From Desulfopila sp. (GTDB lineage: Bacteria > Desulfobacterota > Desulfobulbia > Desulfobulbales > Desulfocapsaceae): DNA of 59,525 bases. Positions 9,944 through 20,397 of the stretch are shown here, one piece after another. The stretch covers positions 1-59,525 of the forward strand of contig JAZBNU010000477.1 in NCBI GenBank assembly GCA_036350815.1, in the 5' to 3' direction. The notes below the pieces were generated by a model. That model was not told the origin of the DNA, ran no database searches, and saw nothing but the letters and a program-made list of their open reading frames with translations. Position numbers and translations under genes: made by a program. Within the stretch, counting starts at the first letter, position 1. Each line of letters starts with the position of its first letter.

Positions 9944-12900
9944 ATGAAATCAGAAAATTCTCAGCAGGTTCAGGGTTCGGTCATGGTTGTCGGCAGCGGT
10001 ATTGCAGGTATGCAGACAGCGCTGGATCTGGCCGATTCGGGGTTTTATGTCTATCTGGTTGAAAAATCGCCTTCCATAGGAGGGGTCATGGCCCAGCTGG
10101 ACAAAACCTTTCCCACGAATGACTGTGCGATGTGAGTTATCTCACCTAAACTGGTCGAGGTCGGCCGGCACCTGAATATTGAACTCAAAACACTCTTTGA
10201 AGTAAAATCCATCGACGGTACTGCGGGAAACTTTGAAGTGGAACTGCTGCAGCATCCCCGCTATGTCGATATGGAGAAATGTATTGCCTGTGGGGAATGC
10301 GCCGAAAAATGCCCTAAAAAAGTAACTGATACATTCAATGCGGGCCTGGCTCCGAGAAAAGCTATCTACGTCGATTATCCCCAGGCGGTTCCGCTCAAAT
10401 ACGCCATTGACGCGGAAAACTGTATCTATTTTGTGAAAAACGGCAAATGTGGATTCTGTAAAAAAGTCTGCCCGGCGGATGCCGTAGACTTTGATCAGAA
10501 AGAGGAAACCGTCCACCTGCAGGTTGGTTCCGTTATTGTTGCACCAGGGTTTTCCACCTTTGATCCATCTGATCTCGATACCTATCAGTACAGCTCATAT
10601 CCCAATGTAATAACCTCCATGGAAATGGAGAGAATACTCAGTGCCACCGGCCCTTATCAGGGGCACCTGGTCCGTCCTTCCGACAAGAAGGAACCCAAAA
10701 AAATTGCCTGGCTGCAATGCATCGGCTCCAGGGATATCAATAAGTGCGGACATGGTTACTGTTCTTCGGTCTGCTGTATGTATGCAGTCAAAGAGGCGGT
10801 TATCGCCAAAGAGCATGCTGGTCATGACCTTGACACAGCGATCTTTTTTATGGATATGCGTACATACGGCAAAGAGTTTGAGAGCTACTATCAGCGCGCC
10901 AAACATGAGAAGGGTGTCAGATTTCTCCGTACCCGGGTGCATTCCATTGTCGAAGATTCTCATACGGGCGATCTGTCTCTCCGCTATGTCGACGAATCCG
11001 GCAAGGCTCTGGAGGAAACCTTCGATATGGTGGTGCTTTCCGTTGGCATGGAAACTCCTGCTGATCTGGTGGATCTTGCCAAGACCCTCGATATCCGGCT
11101 GAACTCCGATAATTTTGCTGAAACCGGCAGTTTCTCGCCTGTAAGCACATCACGCCAGGGTGTCTATGTCTGCGGCGCTTTCCAGGAACCGAAGGATATT
11201 CCCTATTCGGTAATGGAGGCCAGTGCCGCAGCCTGTGCGGCTGAAGCGGATCTTGCTTCCGCCAGGGGCAGTCTTACTAGAACCAAGGTCTTTCCTTCAG
11301 AAAGGGAAGTTGGTGTGGAAGAACCACGTATTGGTGTGTTTGTCTGCAACTGCGGTACCAATATAGGTTCCATCGTTGATGTTCCCGCGGTTGCGGAAAT
11401 GGCACGTTCACTGCCCGGGGTCCGCTATGTGGAAGAAAATCTTTTTACCTGCAGCCAGGACAGCCAGGAAAAGATCAAGGAAGTCATCACCCGGGAAGGG
11501 TTGAATAGGGTGGTTGTTGCTGCCTGTACGCCAAGAACGCATGAAGAGCTGTTTCAGGAAACTCTCAAAGATGCAGGTTTGAACAAGTATCTCTTTGAAA
11601 TGGCCAATATCCGCAACCAGTGCTCCTGGGTGCACAGCAATGATAAGGAAGAGGCAACCGTCAAAGCCAAGGATCTGGTTCGTATGGCAGTTGCTCGAAC
11701 CAGGCTGATACATTCCTTGAGCCAGCCAACTCTGCCTGTCACTAAAAGTGCCCTGGTCATAGGCGGCGGTGTTGCCGGTATGACATCCGCCCTGGGTCTG
11801 GCGGATCAGGGGTTTAGCGTTTATCTCGTAGAAAAAGAAGCCCGCCTCGGCGGAGTCGCTCGGGATCTTCTCTCCACCTGGCAGGGTGAGAAAATCGGTG
11901 AAAAACTCATCGAGATGGAACAGAGAATCGAGGCCAACGGACGCATTGAGGTATATGCCGAGGCCGAGGTCAAGACCTCTTCCGGCTTTATCGGGAATTT
12001 TGAGACGACCATTTCTCACAAAGGTGAGGATGTCTCTCTCAGACATGGTGCCGTAATAATGGCTACCGGGGCCCGTGAATATGTTCCGACGGAATACCTC
12101 TATGGTGAGGATGACAGGGTTCTGACCCATCTGGATCTCGACCGGGCCATCACCGCAGGAGAGAAACAAGTTGAGGAAGCTGAATCCGTTGTTTTTATCC
12201 AGTGTGTAGGTTCCAGAGAGCCGGACAGGCCATACTGCTCCAAGGTCTGCTGTACGCATTCCATAAAATCCGCCATCGCCTTCAAAAGCAGAAATCCCTT
12301 TACCACTGTTTTTGTCCTCTACCGGGATATTCGCACCTATGGCAGGCGCGAGTCCTTGTATAAAGAGGCGCGGCAGCTGGGGATCATTTTCATCCGCTAT
12401 GACAGCGATAAGAAACCGCGGGTGGCAAAAGAAGATGATGGCCTCTGGGTCACGGCGCACGATCATGTGCTGGACATGGATGTTCGTATCCATACCGATC
12501 TGGTGATCCTCGCCTCCGCCATTGTCCCCCGGGACAATGAACCTTTGGCCCAGATGTTCAAGCTTTCCTGCAACAGCGACAAATTTTTTAATGAAGCGCA
12601 TGCCAAACTGCGTCCCGTCGAGTTCGCTACGGCGGGAGTCTTTCTTGCAGGCATGGCCCATTATCCGAAACCGATAGAGGAAAGTGTCGCTCAGGCTGCC
12701 GCTGCCGCCTCGCGTGCCGCAGTGACACTCTCCCAGGAAAACATAACTGTTGAAGGCGTTGTCTCCTATGTGCAGGACTTTATGTGCAGGGGCTGCGGCG
12801 AGTGTGAGAGTGTCTGTCCTTTCAGTGCCATATCAGTACAAGTACGTGAGGATGAGGTGAAAGTGGCTGTTGTCAACGAAGCACTCTGTAAAGGTTGCGG

Positions 12901-13006
12901 TATGTGCGCAGTCGCCTGCCCCACCGGCGCGGCCTCGGTGCGCAATTACGATAATGAAGAGGTCTTGTCCATGGTGGAAACGGCTTTTGAGAGGGAGCAC
13001 TATTGA
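9944..13006 (+). CDS. hdrA: Heterodisulfide reductase subunit A-like, double FAD module, 1020 aa, selenoprotein (Sec64)
   Basis: GSGIAG Rossmann motif. [18 protein letters not shown] (TGA 10133-10135) is in frame with ORF 10238-13006. Second GGGVAG module, two CSxxCC motifs and a C-terminal 2x[4Fe-4S]. Confidence 0.92.
10151..10168 (+). promoter_or_regulatory. SECIS-like hairpin
   Basis: CTGGTCG-AGGT-CGGCCGG (7 bp, two G-U pairs), 15 nt after the TGA. Confidence 0.65.
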
Positions 13007-13182
13007 TGGAGGATCCTCATGGGGCACCGCCTGAAAAAATACAGTGCTTGCCACCGAAAAGGGCACGCATGGATGAGCATCTCCTGCGCTGCTGCACAGG
13101 AGATAAGGGATAGCAGCTTTTAGGAAAACAAGGTTTACCTTAAATGAAGTTTTAGGAATAATTCATAGAGAAGGAAGGGAAA

Positions 13183-13602
13183 ATGTCCGGGGAATTCAAG
13201 CCAAAAATAATTGCATTTGCCTGTAACTGGTGCGCATACTCAGCCGCCGACCTGGCCGGCGTGAGCAGATTTCAATATCCACCGAATATGCGCATTATTC
13301 GCGTCATGTGCTCTGGGCGTATCAACCCGAATTTTATTTTGAAGAGTTTTGAAAATGGGGCTGATGGGGTCCTTGTGGCCGGTTGACATATCGGCGACTG
13401 CCATTACCTGGATGGTAATGTTAGATGTGAGAAGATTTTCAAGACGGCCAGGGATCTGGTGAACATTCTGGGAATTGAGCCGGGACGGGTGCGACTCGAA
13501 TGGATATCTTCAGCCGAGGGAACAAAGTTTGCTGAAGTTGCCACCGGATTTACCGAAGAAATCAAATCGCTGGGGCCTCTCAACATTACCGAGGCCGCCT
13601 GA
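13183..13602 (+). CDS. mvhD: MvhD-family [2Fe-2S] subunit, selenoprotein (Sec68)
   Basis: [32 protein letters not shown] (TGA 13384-13386) and WISSAEG. True stop TGA at 13600-13602. Confidence 0.92.
13402..13420 (+). promoter_or_regulatory. SECIS-like hairpin
   Basis: CATTACC-TGGAT-GGTAATG, a perfect 7-bp stem 15 nt after the TGA. Confidence 0.75.
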
Positions 13603-13640
13603 ACTGGCCATTTTTTAACTGCCTTAACAGGAGGTAGATT

Positions 13641-15185
13641 GTGAATAAGGATATGCTTGTTATTGGTGGCGGTATCGCCGGGATTCAGTCCTCTCTGGAT
13701 CTGGCTGAGATGGGGTTTAAAGTTTATCTGGTTGAGCGGCTGCCCAGTATCGGCGGCAAGATGGCGCAGCTGGACAAGACTTTTCCCACCAATGACTGTG
13801 CCATCTGAATACTGTCGCCCAAAATGCTGGATGTCGGTCGACATCCCAATATTGAGCTGATGGCCTATAGTGAAGTGGAAAAAGTTGACGGCAGTGCCGG
13901 CTGTTTTACTGCCCGGGTCCGCAAAAAAGCCCGTTATGTGATGGCCGACAGATGTACCGGCTGCGGTGCCTGTGCCGAGAAATGTCCCACACTGGTGACG
14001 GATCTCTACAACGAAGGGCACAGTAAACGAAAAGCCATCTACAGCTGGTTTGCCCAGGGTATTCCTTCGACCCATGCCATTGACACGGACCATTGCCGGC
14101 TCTTCCAGGGGAAAAAGTGTGGTATCTGCCAAAAGATATGTGAAGCCAATGCCATTGATTACGAACAGCAGGACGAAGTGGTGCAGCTTGAGGTCGGAGC
14201 GATAATTGTCGCTTCCGGATATACTGTTTTTGATCCGGGCAAGATACCGGAGTACAGATACAGAGATCTGCCGAATGTGATAACAGCCATGGAATTTGAA
14301 AGGTTCCTCAGTGCCAGTGGCCCGACTCACGGTCATATCCACCGGCCTTCGGATATTCTGGTAACGGCTGAGATAGAAGAGCTGGACAAACAGGAGAAAA
14401 GAGCTGCCAAAGCCCTTGCCAGGCTGGAAGAAAAAAACGGTGAAACAACGGAGGCTTTTTATCAGAGATACACGTATGCCGCCCAGGAAGAAAAAGACGA
14501 TCCGGCCCTGCAGCAGTGGGCGCAGAAATATGAGGAATACCTCCCATTGCAAAACAGGCTGATAGAGCTGCGGGAAAAGGCGGCTGCCTTTACCACGGCC
14601 AAGAAACTTGCATTCATCCAGTGCGTCGGGTCGAGAGATCTGCGTTTTTACCCGTTTTGTTCCGGCTTCTGCTGCATGCATTCCATCAAGGAAGCGGTTA
14701 TTGCCCATGAACATGACAACGATACCACGTCGGTCATTTTCGGTATGGATATACGTGCTGTGGGCAAGGGGTTTGATGAATATAAGGTGCGCGGCAGTAA
14801 TAATTCCAATATCATCTATCGACGCAGCAGGGTGGCTGAGATTATCAAGGGGAAAAACGATAATCCCGTGCTGGTTTATGAAGACACGGTAAAGCAGGTA
14901 GTGTGCCGGGAAGAATTTGATCTTGTTATTCTGGCAACCGCCTGTGCTCCAGTTGATGGAATGAAAGATTTAGCCGATATCCTGGGAATTGGTATCAACT
15001 CCTTCGGTTTTTTTCAAACGAGCCATGAAAATCCTCTGGATACCACCAAGGAAGGTATTTTCGTCTGCGGCTGCGCTCACAGCCCGATGGATATCCCGGA
15101 ATCAGTTGCCCAGGCCAGCAGTGCGGCCTCTCGGGCGGTACAAACGGTAACCCTGACTCCTGAAGTATTACTCAAGGTCTCTTAA
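13641..15185 (+). CDS. hdrA: HdrA-like protein (N-terminal module), 514 aa, selenoprotein (Sec56), with ~80-aa insertion
   Basis: RBS GGAGG then GTG 13641: [14 protein letters not shown]...[18 protein letters not shown] (TGA 13806-13808), in frame with ORF 13824-15185. Confidence 0.9.
13829..13846 (+). promoter_or_regulatory. SECIS-like hairpin
   Basis: GGATGTC-GGTC-GACATCC, a perfect 7-bp stem 20 nt after the TGA. Confidence 0.7.
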
Positions 15186-15200
15186 AAGGTTTTCAAGACA

Positions 15201-16874
15201 ATGGAAAAAAAGAGCGATCGGACAACTGAAGATTTACGGGTCGGCGTATTTATTTGTGACTGTGGTTCCAATATTGCCGGGCATCTTGACTGCAAGGCGG
15301 TGACGGAATATGCCGGAACTCTGCCGGGAGTTGTTTTTACCAAGGAAAATCTCTATACCTGCTCTGAGGCGGGCATTGTTGAGATCCAGAAGGCTATAAA
15401 AGAGAATAAGCTCAACAGGGTCGTGGTTGCGTCGTGTTCGCCCCGAACCCATTATCCTCTCTTTGCCGGTTCCTGCGCCGAGGCAGGTTTGAACCCGTAT
15501 CTTTTTGAGATGGTTAATATCAGAGACCAGTGTTCCTGGGTCCATATGGGGAAAAGAGACATTGCTACTTCCAAGGCTATGGATCTGGTGCGCATGGGAG
15601 TTGCCAAGAGCACGACTCTGGAACCTCAGGATGATATCGAGTCATCTCTTGTGCGGAAAATACTGGTTATCGGCGGCGGTATAGCAGGACTTTCAGCGGC
15701 TCAGGCGCTTGCGGCCATGGGGCTTGAGGTTTTGCTGGTAGAAAAGGGAAAACGGTTTGGCGGGCTGATGCGTCAGCTGCATGTCCTCGATAACGGCATT
15801 TCAGCAGAAAAATATATCGATGAACTTGCTGAGAAGGTAAGCTCCACCTTTAATATCACTCCTCTGCTTGAATCGAAAGTCACAGATATTCAGGGCTATA
15901 TCGGCAATTACCGGGTCACCATCACCACGGCAGGAGAAAAAAGAGAAGAGACGGTGGGATGCATCGTGGTTGCTTCCGGTGCCGTTCCTTTGGTGGAAAA
16001 AGGACTGCTAGGGTATAATGGTGGCACGGTCATTACACAGATGGAACTTGAACAGCGGCTGAAACAGGGGACCTTTAAAGGGTCCAGGATCGTGATGATC
16101 CAGTGTGCCGGTGCACGCAACCAGCAGCGCGAATACTGTTCACGGATCTGTTGTGCCACCGCGGTAAAAAACGCCATGATCATAAAGAGGAATTTTCCTC
16201 TTGCTGATATCCATGTGCTCTATCGTGATATGCAGATGTATGGCGATGAAAAAGAAAAGATGCTCTGGGATGCGAGAGGCCTGGGCATAAGCTTTGATGT
16301 TTATGATGCGGCGCAGCCTCCGGAGGTGACGGAAGGCAAGGTAACCTTCCATCAGTCCGTACTTGGCGTCACCAAAGAGATGAACTGTGACCTGGTGGTG
16401 CTGGCCACGCCGCTTGTAGCCAGAGAGGATGCAGCGGAAATAGGGGGGCTCCTGCGGGTTCCCACGGACAAAAACGGCTTTTTTCTTGAAGCCCATGCCA
16501 AGCTTCGCCCTCTTGACTTTGCGGCTGATGGTGTATTTGTCTGCGGCAGTGCCCGCTATCCCAGCACATCGGTTGAGGCACGAACCCAGGGTATTGGGGT
16601 GGCATCTCGAGTGGGCGCCATCCTTTTCAAGGACAGGCTGGTGAAAAGTGCCATTGTGGCCCAGATAATCGAAGACTCCTGTGTCGGCTGTATGGGGTGC
16701 CTCAATGTGTGCCCCTATGACGCAATAAGCTATAACAGGGAAAAAAATATCTGCGAAGTAAAAGAGATTCTCTGTAAAGGCTGCGGCAACTGCGCTTCAA
16801 CATGTCCTTCCCACAGTGCTATCCTGAGAGGGTACAGGCCGGAGCAGCTTATGGCGCAGATTCGGGCGCTATGA
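15201..16874 (+). CDS. hdrA: HdrA-like protein (C-terminal module)
   Basis: [49 protein letters not shown] and a C-terminal 2x[4Fe-4S]. Confidence 0.9.
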   Translation: MEKKSDRTTEDLRVGVFICDCGSNIAGHLDCKAVTEYAGTLPGVVFTKENLYTCSEAGIVEIQKAIKENKLNRVVVASCSPRTHYPLFAGSCAEAGLNPYLFEMVNIRDQCSWVHMGKRDIATSKAMDLVRMGVAKSTTLEPQDDIESSLVRKILVIGGGIAGLSAAQALAAMGLEVLLVEKGKRFGGLMRQLHVLDNGISAEKYIDELAEKVSSTFNITPLLESKVTDIQGYIGNYRVTITTAGEKREETVGCIVVASGAVPLVEKGLLGYNGGTVITQMELEQRLKQGTFKGSRIVMIQCAGARNQQREYCSRICCATAVKNAMIIKRNFPLADIHVLYRDMQMYGDEKEKMLWDARGLGISFDVYDAAQPPEVTEGKVTFHQSVLGVTKEMNCDLVVLATPLVAREDAAEIGGLLRVPTDKNGFFLEAHAKLRPLDFAADGVFVCGSARYPSTSVEARTQGIGVASRVGAILFKDRLVKSAIVAQIIEDSCVGCMGCLNVCPYDAISYNREKNICEVKEILCKGCGNCASTCPSHSAILRGYRPEQLMAQIRAL

Positions 16875-16981
16875 TTTTGTGAAAAGAACGCTGTTGCCTG
16901 GTCTGATGGGGAAAACAGTGGACGGAAAGGCTGAAAAGCAGAATGCTTGTGTAGTTTCATATTAAGAAAAAGGATTGAACA

Positions 16982-17419
16982 ATGAGTGACGACATTTTTG
17001 AACCCAAGATCGTCTGTTTTCTCTGTACCTGGTGAGCATACGCCGCTGCTGACCTGGCTGGGGTCAGTCGTTTACAGTATCCGGCAAATGTTCGTACGGT
17101 CCGGGTAATGTGTAGTGGGAGTGTGTCTCCGCACCATATCCTTCTCGCCTTCCAGAAAGGCGTTGACGGGGTTTTTGTCGGCGGCTGACACCTTGGCGAA
17201 TGCAATTACCTGTATGGTAATTATTCCACCAAGAAGCGTGTAACCGTTCTGCGAGAGATGCTTGAATTCAGCGGGATTGAAGAAAAGCGTCTTAAGGCAA
17301 GCTGGGTTTCTTCGGCTGAGGCGCCGGAACTGGTCCATGAGTTTCTTTCCTTTATCGAAGAGCTGCGTGAGCTTGGTCCTTCTCCGCTGAGAAACGATTA
17401 CAGGAAAGAGTTGGTATAA
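16982..17419 (+). CDS. mvhD: MvhD-family [2Fe-2S] subunit with two selenocysteines (Sec18, Sec69); missing from the ORF track
   Basis: Hand translation: [30 protein letters not shown]...RVMCSG...VFVGG-U-HLGECNY...WVSSAEA...LGPSPL. TGA at 17033 and 17186, TAA at 17417-17419. Confidence 0.92.
17048..17068 (+). promoter_or_regulatory. SECIS-like hairpin (first Sec of mvhD2)
   Basis: GCTGACCT-GGCTG-GGGTCAGT, 8 bp with two G-U pairs, 12 nt after the TGA. Confidence 0.7.
17204..17222 (+). promoter_or_regulatory. SECIS-like hairpin (second Sec of mvhD2)
   Basis: AATTACC-TGTAT-GGTAATT, a perfect 7-bp stem 15 nt after the TGA. Confidence 0.75.
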
Positions 17420-17441
17420 GGGTTAAGGGCAGGGTGTTTCC

Positions 17442-18248
17442 ATGATTGACACTATCAGAAAAAAAGTAGAGGAACTGCTGGGATCCGGTGAGATCAAAGC
17501 TTTCCTGGGACTGGCTATGCAGAACGGCCATGTTGCCCCCCATCTTTTCCAGCAGGGAGAAGATCTCGAGAAGATGGTCCTGGGGGACTATAAACATGCC
17601 GGGGATGCCAGGTATCCGTTGAATAAATACCTCATAAATCTCTATCGCGCCTATCCCGACGATGTCTTTGGCGTTCTCGTCAGAGGATGTGACGACAGGG
17701 GACTGCAGACACTGTATACCTGGAATCAGCTTCATCCTAAAAAGGTGGTGCCGGTAGGTATAGCCTGCCCGCAGGAGCTCGCCGATGCCTGTGAGTGCAG
17801 TCAGCCGTATCCGGAAAACATCACCGCCGGTGAGCCCTGTGCGGCAGGCGAGGCAAAATCGGTTGCCGCGATCGATGCTCTTCCGGTGGCTGATCGATTT
17901 GCCTACTGGATGGAGGAGTTTGTCAAATGCATCAAGTGTTACGGCTGCTCCAATATCTGCCCCATGTGTTTCTGCAATGAGTGCAGTTTGAAATGTGACG
18001 ATCTCATTAAAAAAGGGGAACTTCCTCCGGAGATACCTGTTTTTCATCACACCCGGGCCATGCATATGGTTGGACGCTGTATCGACTGCGGCCTTTGTGA
18101 GGAGGCTTGTCCCTCGACGATTCCTCTGCGAACCTTGTATAAAAAAGTCAACTCTATCATGGATGATAATTTTGACTTCAAGACAGGGATGAAAAGAGGA
18201 CAACGATCACCACTGAATACTTTAGAGCCTGTAGAAGGTAATAAATAG
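17442..18248 (+). CDS. 4Fe-4S protein, FdhB/FrhB C-terminal-like (putative Fdh beta subunit)
   Basis: RGCD, GIAC, CIKCYGCSNICPMCFCNEC and RCIDCGLCEEACP. Lies between mvhD and fdhA. Confidence 0.75.
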   Translation: MIDTIRKKVEELLGSGEIKAFLGLAMQNGHVAPHLFQQGEDLEKMVLGDYKHAGDARYPLNKYLINLYRAYPDDVFGVLVRGCDDRGLQTLYTWNQLHPKKVVPVGIACPQELADACECSQPYPENITAGEPCAAGEAKSVAAIDALPVADRFAYWMEEFVKCIKCYGCSNICPMCFCNECSLKCDDLIKKGELPPEIPVFHHTRAMHMVGRCIDCGLCEEACPSTIPLRTLYKKVNSIMDDNFDFKTGMKRGQRSPLNTLEPVEGNK

Positions 18249-18261
18249 AAGGGGAGTTACT

Positions 18262-20304
18262 ATGGATTACAGGACAGTACTGACGACATGTACATACTGT
18301 GGCTGTGGCTGCAACTTTTTTCTCGAAGTGCTGGACGGCAATCCCATCGGGACCATACCCTGTAAAACCAGCCCGGTGAATGAGGGAAAGCTGTGCATTA
18401 AAGGCTGGAATGTCCATGAGTTCATTCGTCATAAGAAGCGGCTGACGGCACCGCTTCTGCGCAAGGATGGCCGGCTTGTCGAAGTTTCCTGGGACGAAGC
18501 GCTTGACTATGCCGCCGGCAGGCTCAAGGAGATACAGCAGAAAAACGGTCCTGACAGTATCGGTTTCTTAACGTCTGCTAAAGTGACGAATGAGGAAAAC
18601 TATCTCCTGCAGAAGTTCGCTCGCGCCGGAGTGGGAACCAATAATGTCGACCATTGCGCCAGGCTCTGACACTCTTCCACCGTGGCAGGTCTTGCCGCAG
18701 CTTTTGGAAGTGGTGCCATGACAAATTCCATCGAGGAGTTTGAGGAGGCTGATTGCATTTTTATTATCGGATCAAATACCACTGTTGCTCATCCTCTTGT
18801 CGCCACCCGGATCTTTCGGGCTAAGAAGAATGGTGCCAGGATTATTGTTGCCGATCCTCGTAAAGTACATATCTCTGAAATTGCTGATATTCATGTGAAC
18901 CAGAAAATGGGAACCGATGTCGCTCTTCTCAACGGCATAATGAATGTCATTCTGGCGAACGGCTGGCATGACCAATCCTATATTGATGAACAGACCGAGG
19001 ATTTTGAGTCCTGTCGAAAGGTGATTGAAGCTTTTTCGGTGGAGCAGGCATCTGAGATATGTGGAGTGTCCGTTGAAGACATTACGAAGATTGCTGAGTG
19101 TTATGCCACGGCCGACAAAGCTTCTATTGTCTATTGTATGGGGATCACCCAGCATACTACCGGGGTGGATAATGTTAAATCGCTTGCCAACCTGGCCATG
19201 CTCACCGGCAGCCTCGGCAAGGAAAGTGCCGGTGTTAACCCTCTACGCGGTCAAAACAATGTTCAGGGTGCCTGTGATATGGGAGGATTACCCAATGTTT
19301 TTACCGCGTATCAGCCGGTGACAAGCAGTGCTGCGGCGGAAAAGTTCGCCAAGGCCTGGCAGGTTGAATCCCTTTCACAGACGATAGGGCTTACAATTCC
19401 CGGTATGCTGGAAGGACTGGAAAACGATACTGTCAAAGCCCTGTATATTATGGGAGAGAATCCGGTTGTCAGTGACCCCGATGTTAATCATGTCAAAAAG
19501 GCACTGCAGAAGGCTGAATTTCTCCTGGTGCAGGATATCTTTCTCACGGCCACTGCGGAGATGGCTGATGTGGTTCTGCCGGGAGTTTCCTTTGCTGAGA
19601 AAGACGGCACCTTTTCCAATACTGAACGGCGTGTCACCAGAGTTCGTCAGGCAGTCGAGCCTCGAGGTGAAGCGCGGCAGGACTGGCAGATTATCCAGGA
19701 TATTTCCACCCGTTTTGGCTATGCAATGGACTATTCGTCTCCCGAAGAGATTTTTGATGAGATGACAAAATTGACACCTTCCTATGCAGGGATGAACTAT
19801 GAGCGGCTGGAGGGTGATGGCTTGCAGTGGCCGTGCCCCACGGTTGATCACCCGGGCACTCGTTTCCTCCATAAGGGCCGCATTGCCAGGGGCAAAGGCC
19901 TTTTCCACGGCATTGCCTATCTTTCCCCGGCGGAAAATGTGGATGAAGAGTTCCCCTTCTGGTTTTCAACCGGACGGGTTTTTGCTCATTACCACACCGG
20001 CACCATGACCAGAAACTCACCAACGCTGCACGCTGAAATAGAAGAGGGCTTCATCGAGATGAATGCAGAAGATGCCCAGAAACTTGGGGTTGGAAACGGT
20101 GAAATGGTCACTGTTTCTTCACGGCGGGGGACTGTCGATACCAAGGCAATGGTGACTAAGAGGGTTAATCAGGGCTCGGTTTTTATGCCCTTTCATTTTA
20201 TTGAAACCTGTGCCAATATATTGACTAATCCTGCCCACGATCCAATCTGCAAGATTCCGGAACTGAAGGTATGCGCGGTAAATATCGTTAAGGCAGCAGC
20301 ATAA
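18262..20304 (+). CDS. fdhA: Cytoplasmic formate dehydrogenase alpha subunit, selenoprotein (Sec136)
   Basis: TTCTYCGCGC...LCIKG, DHCARL-U-HSSTVAGL (TGA 18667-18669), PLRGQNNVQG. No Tat signal. Confidence 0.95.
18682..18698 (+). promoter_or_regulatory. SECIS-like hairpin (fdhF type)
   Basis: GTGGCAG-GTC-TTGCCGC, 12 nt after the TGA. The GCAGGTC apex resembles the E. coli fdhF SECIS. Confidence 0.75.
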
Positions 20305-20320
20305 GGTTATTTCCTGCATC

Positions 20321-20371
20321 ACAAAGAAAAAGGGCCTCCTGCGTGTAGCGGTGGAGGCCCTTTTTCTTTGT
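20321..20371. terminator. Bidirectional intrinsic terminator
   Basis: Perfect 19-bp inverted repeat ACAAAGAAAAAGGGCCTCC / GGAGGCCCTTTTTCTTTGT between convergent genes. Confidence 0.9.
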
Positions 20372-20397
20372 TAACTTCATTATATTCGCAACTGCTC

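Noticed and set aside
13004-16874. Sec readthrough at the terminal TGAs of hdrA (13004), mvhD1 (13600) and hdrA-C (16872)
   Set aside because: The proteins are complete at those points and the downstream frames show no conserved motifs.
7418-18203. Long minus-strand ORFs (7418-8506, 11408-12661, 13404-14714, 17352-18203, 16957-17338)
   Set aside because: These are antisense shadows of well-supported + strand genes and have no motifs.
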